This document shows positions 57,226 to 64,000 of a stretch of 64,000 bases of DNA, in pieces (the stretch's first letter is position 1; each line of letters opens with the position of its first letter). Made by a program: the position numbers and the translations under genes. Source of the stretch: Nitrospirota bacterium (GTDB taxonomy: Bacteria; Nitrospirota; Thermodesulfovibrionia; Thermodesulfovibrionales; JdFR-86); contig JACQZC010000055.1 in the NCBI GenBank assembly GCA_016207905.1, forward strand, positions 5,998-69,997, given 5' to 3'. A model generated the notes under the pieces. The model was given only the letters and a program-made list of their open reading frames with translations, was not told where the DNA came from and did no database searches.

Positions 57226-60200
57226 ACCTGCCCCCCTTTTTGCTTTTTTTCCAAAATTTCGACATCTAATGCAAGACTCTGGAGTTCTTTTATTAAGACA
57301 TGGAAGGACTCTGGAACTCCGGGCTCTACTGTTGGCTCTCCTTTTACGATTGCCTCATAGATGTGTGCCCTTCCTGCGACATCATCGCTTTTTACGGTGA
57401 GGAACTCCTGAAGTGTGTGTGCGGCTCCATATGCCTCTAATGCCCAGACCTCCATCTCTCCGAGCCTCTGTCCTCCAAACTGAGCCTTTCCTCCCAATGG
57501 CTGTTGAGTTACCAGAGAGTAAGGTCCAATGCTTCGGGCATGAATCTTGTCGTCTACGAGGTGATGAAGCTTCATCATGTACATATAGCCCACTGTAACA
57601 GGCTTCTGAAAGGATTGTCCTGTTTTTCCGTCATAAAGGGTAATCTGTCCTGTCTGAGGCAATCCTGCACGCTTAAGGTAATCCTTTATCTCGGATTCCT
57701 TTGCCCCTTCAAACACAGGTGTTGCAATGTGAGTGCCCAATGCCTTTGCGGCCCATCCTAAGTGTGCTTCGAGTATTTGACCAACATTCATTCTCGATGG
57801 CACTCCAAGGGGGTTAAGCACAATGTCAACCGTAGTTCCATCTGGCAGATAAGGCATGTCTTCTTCTGGCAGGACAACCGAGACGACTCCCTTGTTTCCA
57901 TGTCTTCCAGCCATTTTATCGCCTACCTGAAGCTTCCTCTTCATTGCCACATAGACCTTTACAATCTTGATGACCCCAGGAGGAAGCTCGTCTCCTCTTT
58001 TAAGGTTGCTGATTTTATCGTCATATCTTCTCTCGAGGTATCGTATATACTGGTTTGCCTCGCTGTTTATCGAGAGGAGCTTTTCCCTTAAATCCTCATC
58101 CTCTACCTTTATCTTGAGGAGGTTTCCATCTTTAATCTTTTCTATGTGCTTTTCCGTGAGAACAGCTCCTTTTTTGCATATAAGCTCTTTGGTTTTAGAC
58201 TCCCTTATCTCCTCCGAGACCTTTGCTCCGAGGAGGGCATCCCTTAGTTTTTTGAATTTATCCTCTGTTATAATCCTAACCTCTTCTTCGAGGTCGCGCT
58301 GAAGCCTGAGTATGTCTTCACCCTCTATACTCTTAGCCCTTTCGTCTTTCTGGATGCCTTTTCTGGAAAACACACGGGTATCGATAATAATCCCTTCTAT
58401 TCCAGGCGGAACATATAGACAGCTTTCCTTTGCCTCTTCGGCCTTCTCGCCGAATATCGCTCTCAGGAGTTTCTCCTCTGGAGTAAGCTGGGTCTCTCCT
58501 TTTGGCGTGACCTTGCCAACCAGAATATCTCCCGGCTTGACCTCTGTGCCAATCCTTATGATACCGCTTTCATCGAGGTTCATAAGTGCCTCTTCTCCAA
58601 CATTGGGGACATCTCTGGTTATCTCCTCAGGACCAAGTTTTGTCTCCCTTGCCTCGATATCGAACTCCTCGATATGAACAGAGGTGAATACATCCTCCTT
58701 GACGAGTCTTTCGCTTATAAGGATTGCATCCTCGAAGTTATATCCGCCCCATGGCATGAATGCCACAAGGACATTTTTTCCTAAGGCAAGCTCTCCCATG
58801 TCCGTTGAGGAGCCGTCTGCGAGGGTATCTCCTTTTTTGACCTTATCTCCAACATTGACGATTGGCTTCTGATTTATATTTGTAGCCTGATTAGACCTCT
58901 GGTATTTCATGAGGCTATATATATCGACTCCTCCATCCTTTGCAGAGACAACTATCCTTGTGGAATCTACCGACTCTACAACCCCTGGCCTCTTTGCAGA
59001 AATAGTTGCCCCTGAATCTTTCGCAACCACATATTCCATACCTGTGCCAACATAAGGCGCCTCGGCAGTAAGCAAAGGCACTGCCTGCCTCTGCATATTT
59101 GAGCCCATGAGTGCTCTGTTTGCATCATCGTTTTCAAGGAATGGTATGAGGGCGGCCGAAACTCCGACAATCTGTTTTGGCGATACATCCATATATTGAA
59201 TTTCCTTTGGGGTTACTATCTTAAAATCCCCTCCTATTCTTGCAGAGACCGTCTCGCCCACAAGATGCCCCTTTTTGTCCACAGGCGAGGTCGCCTCTGC
59301 AATAATGAATTTTTCGCCCTCTATTGCAGAAAGGTAATGCACCTCCTCTGTAACCCTGCCTTCAGAGACCTTTCTATATGGCACCTCTATGAACCCATAC
59401 TCGTTGACCTTTCCATATGTAGCCAGAGATGTAATGAGTCCGATATTTGGACCTTCGGGTGTCTCCACAGGGCAGATTCTTCCGTAGTGGGTCGGATGCA
59501 CATCTCTTACTTCAAAGCCTGCCCTTTCCCTTGTAAGGCCACCAGGGCCAAGGGCGCTTAACCGCCTTTTGTGCGTAATCTCGGAAAGCGGGTTTGTCTG
59601 GTCCATGAACTGGCTTAATTGGCTTGAGCCAAAGAACTCCTTGACTGCTGCCATTACAGGCTTTGTGTTTATCAGGTCATGTGGCATTGCCTCTTCAAGC
59701 TCGGTAAGGGTCATCTTTTCTCTTACAGCCCGCTCCATCCTTACAAGCCCGATTCTGAACTGGTTCTCGAGGATCTCCCCTACTGCCCTTACACGCCTGT
59801 TTCCAAGATGGTCTATATCGTCCACCTCTCCTTTGCCTATTCTCAGGGAAAGCAGATACCTGACTATCTCGATGATGTCTTTGTCAGTGAGGACTTTTAC
59901 ATCAAGTGGTGTGTCAATGCCAAGCCTCTTGTTGATCTTTAGCCTTCCTACAGGAGAAAGGTCGTATCTTTTAGGGTCAAAAAACAGCCCGTTAAAGAGT
60001 TCCTTTGCGGCTTTTATATTTGGTGGCTCTCCTGGCCTTAGTTTCTTATAAATCTCCATAAGGGCATCATTCTGAGCAGTTACCTTATCCGTAAGAAGGG
60101 TATCCCTGAGTGCAGGCAGGTAACTTACCTCATCTATGAAAATCAGCTCTAATTTATCTGCCTTTATGGTTTTTATTTGCTGAAATGCCTGCTCTGTTAT

Positions 60201-61151
60201 TGCCTCGTTACTGCCAACTATTATCTCTCCGGTCACAGGGTCTATTATGTCTTTAAGGGTAATCCTGCCGATTATCTCCTTTTCGGTTATCGGGATGCTC
60301 GTGATGCCAGCAGTCTCCATCCTCTTAATAGAGGCCCTTGTAATCTTACTGCCTTCTTTTGAGATAAGCTCTTTTGTACGAGGCTCTACTATATTTTCTC
60401 CAGCCCTTATGCCTGCAAGGACATCTCCTACTGGTCTTCTCCAGAGTTTGCCGTCAAACCTTATCTTTTCAATCGGGTAAAAGAGCTGAAGGATATCCAC
60501 ATTGCTATAGCCTAATGCCTTCAGCACTATCGTGACAGGCAATTTCTTTTTTCTATCGATTCTTACATAGAGAATGTCTTTTGTATCGAACTCGAAATCC
60601 AGCCATGAGCCTCTTGCTGGTATCACCCTCGCAGAGTAAAGGAGTCTTCCACTTGTATGGGTTTTTCCTTTGCTGTGTCCAAAGAACACCCCAGAGGACC
60701 TGTGAAGCTGGCTAACGACAACCCTTTCGGTTCCATTTATTATGAATGAGCCTGTCTCTGTCATCAGGGGCATCTCTCCTATATAGACATCCTGCTCCTT
60801 TGACTCCTTAAGCCTCTTTTTATCTCCAGTGGTTTCCCAGAGGTTGAGCTTAACCTTTATCTTAAGAGGTGCCGCATAGGTTACGCCCTTCATGAGGGAT
60901 TCCCTTTCGCTGAACTTTGGCTCTCCGACACTGTACTCTATGAACTCTATAGAGGCAGTCTCGTTATAGTCGCTTATAGGGAATACGCTTTTCAGCGCAG
61001 ACTGAAGCCCGATGTCCTGCTTTTTTTGAGGCAGAACATCTTTTTGAAGGAATTTTTCAAATGACCTTGTCTGTATCTCTATAAGGTTTGAAACCTCAAG
61101 GGTTGGCGGAATCTTTCCGAAATTCAATCTTTCCCTTAAATTCCTTGCCAT
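57222..61151 (-). CDS. rpoB: DNA-directed RNA polymerase subunit beta
   Basis: Canonical RpoB motifs are present (e.g. [15 protein letters not shown]) and it is 1309 aa long. Confidence 0.98.
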   Translation of the reverse strand: MARNLRERLNFGKIPPTLEVSNLIEIQTRSFEKFLQKDVLPQKKQDIGLQSALKSVFPISDYNETASIEFIEYSVGEPKFSERESLMKGVTYAAPLKIKVKLNLWETTGDKKRLKESKEQDVYIGEMPLMTETGSFIINGTERVVVSQLHRSSGVFFGHSKGKTHTSGRLLYSARVIPARGSWLDFEFDTKDILYVRIDRKKKLPVTIVLKALGYSNVDILQLFYPIEKIRFDGKLWRRPVGDVLAGIRAGENIVEPRTKELISKEGSKITRASIKRMETAGITSIPITEKEIIGRITLKDIIDPVTGEIIVGSNEAITEQAFQQIKTIKADKLELIFIDEVSYLPALRDTLLTDKVTAQNDALMEIYKKLRPGEPPNIKAAKELFNGLFFDPKRYDLSPVGRLKINKRLGIDTPLDVKVLTDKDIIEIVRYLLSLRIGKGEVDDIDHLGNRRVRAVGEILENQFRIGLVRMERAVREKMTLTELEEAMPHDLINTKPVMAAVKEFFGSSQLSQFMDQTNPLSEITHKRRLSALGPGGLTRERAGFEVRDVHPTHYGRICPVETPEGPNIGLITSLATYGKVNEYGFIEVPYRKVSEGRVTEEVHYLSAIEGEKFIIAEATSPVDKKGHLVGETVSARIGGDFKIVTPKEIQYMDVSPKQIVGVSAALIPFLENDDANRALMGSNMQRQAVPLLTAEAPYVGTGMEYVVAKDSGATISAKRPGVVESVDSTRIVVSAKDGGVDIYSLMKYQRSNQATNINQKPIVNVGDKVKKGDTLADGSSTDMGELALGKNVLVAFMPWGGYNFEDAILISERLVKEDVFTSVHIEEFDIEARETKLGPEEITRDVPNVGEEALMNLDESGIIRIGTEVKPGDILVGKVTPKGETQLTPEEKLLRAIFGEKAEEAKESCLYVPPGIEGIIIDTRVFSRKGIQKDERAKSIEGEDILRLQRDLEEEVRIITEDKFKKLRDALLGAKVSEEIRESKTKELICKKGAVLTEKHIEKIKDGNLLKIKVEDEDLREKLLSINSEANQYIRYLERRYDDKISNLKRGDELPPGVIKIVKVYVAMKRKLQVGDKMAGRHGNKGVVSVVLPEEDMPYLPDGTTVDIVLNPLGVPSRMNVGQILEAHLGWAAKALGTHIATPVFEGAKESEIKDYLKRAGLPQTGQITLYDGKTGQSFQKPVTVGYMYMMKLHHLVDDKIHARSIGPYSLVTQQPLGGKAQFGGQRLGEMEVWALEAYGAAHTLQEFLTVKSDDVAGRAHIYEAIVKGEPTVEPGVPESFHVLIKELQSLALDVEILEKKQKGGQV

Positions 61152-61163
61152 ATATCTCCTTCT

Positions 61164-61547
61164 TTATTTTATTTCTACGACAGCTCCCTGTGCCTCAAGC
61201 TTTGCCTTTATTGCTTCTGCCTCTTCTTTTGAGACACCTGCCTTTACAGGCTTTGGTGAGCTGTCAACGAGCTCTTTAGCCTCTTTAAGTCCCAGAGAGG
61301 TTAGCTCTCTGACGACCTTTATAACCTGAATCTTTTTATCTCCAGCTGAAGATAATATGACATCGAAGCTTGTCTTTTCTTCCACCACCGGTGCGGCGGC
61401 CTGTGCAGACTGAGGCATCCCTGCCATCGAAATAGGAGCCGCGGCAGTAACGCCGTATCTGTCCTCAAACTCCTTTATGAACTTTGACATCTCAAGCACA
61501 GTCATATTGTCGATAAACTCAAAAACCTGTTCCTTTGTAATTGCCAT
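61164..61547 (-). CDS. rplL: 50S ribosomal protein L7/L12
   Basis: Typical Ala-rich hinge and a C-terminal domain ending in K. Confidence 0.95.
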   Translation of the reverse strand: MAITKEQVFEFIDNMTVLEMSKFIKEFEDRYGVTAAAPISMAGMPQSAQAAAPVVEEKTSFDVILSSAGDKKIQVIKVVRELTSLGLKEAKELVDSSPKPVKAGVSKEEAEAIKAKLEAQGAVVEIK

Positions 61548-61570
61548 TTTTTATATCCTCCTTAAATTCT

Positions 61571-62086
61571 TTATGTTGTCTTTTGTGTAGCCAATGCATT
61601 CATTGCATGAGCAAACGAACTTAGAGTGGCTGAAAGCCCTCCTGCCAATTTTCCGAGAGGTGCCTGCATAACGCCTGCAAGCATGCTCAGTAAAACCTGT
61701 TTTGAAGGCAGTTCTGCTATCTCCTTAAGGTCAATGTCTGTGTAGAGTCTGCCTTCTATAACACCTGCCGATAGTCTGAGTTTTTCGTTCTTTTTTGAAA
61801 ACGAGATGACCTTTTTAACAAGCTCCACAGGGTCGTCATATCCTACTGCAATGCCAACCTGACCCTTGAGGTGCTTTTGGGCAACAGAAACAGGTGTATC
61901 CACGGATGCCTTTAGTGCAATGGTGTTTTTTATTACCTTATACAGAAGGTTACTCCCCAGATGTTTTCTCAGTTGAGCCATCTCAGCCACCGTAATGCCT
62001 GTGTAGTCTGTGAATACAACTGCCTTTGCCTTCAGAAACTTCTCCTTTAATTGAGAGGCAAGCTCTATTTTGTCCTGTCTGTTCAG
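61571..62086 (-). CDS. rplJ: 50S ribosomal protein L10, CTG start
   Basis: The track starts at GTG 61990 (139 aa), but 32 conserved codons (NRQDKIELASQLKEKFLKAKAVVFTDYTGIT) lie upstream. The frame is bounded by TAG immediately 5' of CTG 62086, with AAGGAG 6 nt upstream. Confidence 0.85.
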   Translation of the reverse strand: MNRQDKIELASQLKEKFLKAKAVVFTDYTGITVAEMAQLRKHLGSNLLYKVIKNTIALKASVDTPVSVAQKHLKGQVGIAVGYDDPVELVKKVISFSKKNEKLRLSAGVIEGRLYTDIDLKEIAELPSKQVLLSMLAGVMQAPLGKLAGGLSATLSSFAHAMNALATQKTT

Positions 62087-62218
62087 CTATTTCTCCTTTC
62101 CGACGACAAACCCATACATCTGTCTCGGCAGGCATTCCCAATGCACTGGGAAGATTAAGTCCCGCTCCTTGCGGGACGCCTGCTGTCTCTGACTATGATA
62201 ATAACGGACAATGCCCGT
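62087..62218 (-). promoter_or_regulatory. rplJ 5' leader with multi-helix structure (L10-leader-like autoregulatory RNA candidate)
   Basis: The mRNA strand shows hairpins GUCCCGC-AAGGA-GCGGGAC and UUCCCA-GUGCA-UGGGAA, enclosed by CAGCAGGC/GCCUGCCG pairing. Confidence 0.4.
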
Positions 62219-62908
62219 TCATTTACCTAAGAGTTTTCCTGTGTCAACCAGAATGCCGGCTCCCATCGTAGATGAAAGGGAGACCTTTTTAAGATAGGTT
62301 CCCTTACTCGTCGTCGGCTTTGCCTTTAGTATCGAATCCAAAACTGCCTTTATATTCTCCATGAGCGCATCTTTTCCAAATGAAACCTTTCCAACAGGCA
62401 CATGAACGATGCCTGCTTTTTCGACCTTATACTGGACCTTTCCTGTCTTGAGGTCTTTTACGGTTTTTGCTATGTCAAAGGTTACGGTTCCTAACTTTGG
62501 GTTAGGCATAAGACCTCTTGGACCAAGGAGCTTTCCAATCTTTCCAACCGCACCCATCATGTCAGGGGTAGCCACCGTCATATCAAAGTCAAGCCATCCC
62601 TGTTTTATCTTCTCTATAAGGTCGTCTCCACCTGTATAATCAGCACCTGCCTCTTGTGCCTCTTTCTCCTTCTGACCCTTTGCAAAGACGAGCACCTTGA
62701 TTTTTTTTCCTGTTCCGTGTGGCAACTGAACAGTGCCTCTAACCATCTGCTCTGACTTTTTTGGGTCAACCCCAAGGTTTACTGCCATATCGACTGTCTC
62801 GTCAAATTTTGTATAAGCAGTCTCCTTAACAAGGCTCACTGCCTCTTCGATTGTGTATCCCTTTGTCTTGTCAACCTTTTCTTTAGCGATTATGAGTTTT
62901 TTCCCCAT
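62219..62908 (-). CDS. rplA: 50S ribosomal protein L1
   Basis: The likely start is ATG 62908 (MGKKLI...) after a GGAGGT SD. The track TTG at 62926 overlaps the rplK stop. Confidence 0.93.
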   Translation of the reverse strand: MGKKLIIAKEKVDKTKGYTIEEAVSLVKETAYTKFDETVDMAVNLGVDPKKSEQMVRGTVQLPHGTGKKIKVLVFAKGQKEKEAQEAGADYTGGDDLIEKIKQGWLDFDMTVATPDMMGAVGKIGKLLGPRGLMPNPKLGTVTFDIAKTVKDLKTGKVQYKVEKAGIVHVPVGKVSFGKDALMENIKAVLDSILKAKPTTSKGTYLKKVSLSSTMGAGILVDTGKLLGK

Positions 62909-62922
62909 CCTTACCTCCGTTG

Positions 62923-63351
62923 TCAATCTACGATATCTACACCCATGCTTCTTGCTGTGCCTTTGACTATCTCCATTGCCGATTCAATGCTGTCTGTATT
63001 GAGGTCAGGCAATTTAGTCTGCGCAATTACCCTTACCTGCTCGGCAGTCAGCTTGCCTACTTTTTCTTTATTTGGGATGCCTGAGCCCTTGACTATGCCA
63101 ACTGCCTTTTTAATCAGCTCCGATGCAGGCGGGGTCTTTGTTATAAATGTGAATGACCTGTCAGAGTAGACAGTCAGAACAACAGGCACTATGGTGTCTC
63201 CCATAGACTGTGTCTGGCTGTTAAATGCCTTACAGAACTCCATGATATTTACGCCATGAGGCCCAAGTGCAGGGCCAACAGGTGGTGCTGGGTTTGCCTT
63301 TCCCGATGGTATCTGAAGCTTTACTTGTGCAATCATCTCTTTCTTTGCCAT
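62923..63351 (-). CDS. rplK: 50S ribosomal protein L11
   Basis: It carries the motif [13 protein letters not shown]. Confidence 0.97.
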   Translation of the reverse strand: MAKKEMIAQVKLQIPSGKANPAPPVGPALGPHGVNIMEFCKAFNSQTQSMGDTIVPVVLTVYSDRSFTFITKTPPASELIKKAVGIVKGSGIPNKEKVGKLTAEQVRVIAQTKLPDLNTDSIESAMEIVKGTARSMGVDIVD

Positions 63352-63362
63352 CTCTAAGCCTC

Positions 63363-63887
63363 CTATGCCTTTTCAACCTGAAAAAAACTAAGTTCAACAG
63401 GCGTTGGCCTGCCAAATATGCTGACCATGACCTTTAGCCTTCCGTGGTCTGCATCGACCTCTTCCACATATCCTGCGAAATTGGTGAATGGTCCATCTGT
63501 TATCCTTACCTCATCTCCGCTCATGAATCGAGTCTTTACCTGTAGCGCAGGACCTCTTTCGATCTGCTGTAGGATTAGACTGACTTCCTCCTCTGAAATA
63601 GGCACTGGTTTTGTGCCGCCAACAAAACCCGACACCTTTGGAATACTCCTGATAAGATGCCAAGTCTCGTCGTCAAGCTCCATCTCAACCAGTATGTAGC
63701 CAGGATAAAACTTCTTTTCAAGCTCCCTCTTCTTGCCCTTCTTCATGTCTATTACCTTTTCAGTAGGCACAAGAACCCTCGCAACCCTTTCCTTCATCCC
63801 TTGCTTTTCAACCTTACTCTCTATAGATTCTCTAACCTTCTCTTCAAAGCCCGAGTAAGTATGAACCACATACCAGTTTTTTGCCAT
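63363..63887 (-). CDS. nusG: Transcription termination/antitermination factor NusG
   Basis: NGN domain ([11 protein letters not shown]) plus a KOW domain, in the conserved secE-nusG context. Confidence 0.95.
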   Translation of the reverse strand: MAKNWYVVHTYSGFEEKVRESIESKVEKQGMKERVARVLVPTEKVIDMKKGKKRELEKKFYPGYILVEMELDDETWHLIRSIPKVSGFVGGTKPVPISEEEVSLILQQIERGPALQVKTRFMSGDEVRITDGPFTNFAGYVEEVDADHGRLKVMVSIFGRPTPVELSFFQVEKA

Positions 63888-63889
63888 TT

Positions 63890-64000
63890 CTACCTCAAGA
63901 CCATCCTCACAAGTTTTGAAAGCCCTATGTCAACGAGCCCGAGAAATACAGCCATTATCAACACCGTTACGATCACTACCCATGTAGAGCCAATAAGCTC
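63890..64000 (-). CDS. secE: Preprotein translocase subunit SecE, C-terminal 36 codons (N-terminus lies outside the window)
   Basis: The reverse-strand frame reads ELIGSTWVVIVTVLIMAVFLGLVDIGLSKLVRMVLR*, a TM helix directly upstream of nusG. Confidence 0.75.
   Translation of the reverse strand, partial: ELIGSTWVVIVTVLIMAVFLGLVDIGLSKLVRMVLR

Noticed and set aside
53107-61279. About two dozen + strand ORFs of 60-190 aa inside rpoC/rpoB (for example 53365..53940, 59569..60051).
   Set aside because: They are antisense to unmistakable RpoB/RpoC coding sequence. They have low-complexity Ser/Leu/Phe-rich translations, and I saw no SD or recognisable motif.

Overview
This 64-kb window is a gene-dense stretch of bacterial chromosome, AT-rich by eye (sample lines about 35-45% GC). 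Gene content suggests an anaerobic, possibly Nitrospirota/Thermodesulfovibrio-like organism, but that is only a guess. Most of it is housekeeping. On the + strand: recJ (partial), mnmE, selD, a GH57 branching enzyme, a 1378-aa activase fusion, ilvD, cysK, glgB, gspF plus three pseudopilins, truA, tmk-hemH-hemY. On the - strand: galT, the rdgB/radical-SAM pair, an FNT channel, frr-pyrH-tsf-rpsB, cutA, an M29 aminopeptidase, pilMNO(P)-secretin, bioB-acyP, PMM/PGM, PBP1A, and the conserved secE-nusG-rplKAJL-rpoBC block. There are two tRNAs (Val-TAC, Asp-GTC). I found no rRNA and no CRISPR array. Items the ORF track misses or truncates: (1) selD contains an in-frame TGA (selenocysteine) with a downstream hairpin; (2) rplJ, hemH and probably the aminopeptidase have conserved N-termini with no ATG/GTG/TTG and appear to start at CTG; (3) several SD-led or leaderless small ORFs, including a bS22-like 30-aa basic protein. 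Accessory regions: (a) 4.8-6.4 kb holds a HEPN/DUF86 relic, small-ORF operon and RelE-type TA pair; (b) 46.0-47.9 kb holds a RelE-type TA pair and an IS481-like transposase bracketed by a 14-mer direct repeat; (c) a three-copy conserved about 70-nt module encodes ...RDKPRRKEVTA(S/G)IV with a codon-like substitution pattern and always sits beside toxin genes, and is the most unexplained feature here; (d) a clearly GC-richer (about 60%) single-gene island encodes a PAS-GAF-HD-GYP protein and is bracketed by a perfect 15-bp direct repeat. Many promoters appear to be extended -10 (TGATATAAT) and at least six genes look leaderless. All functional calls rest on motif recognition by eye, with no database searches.
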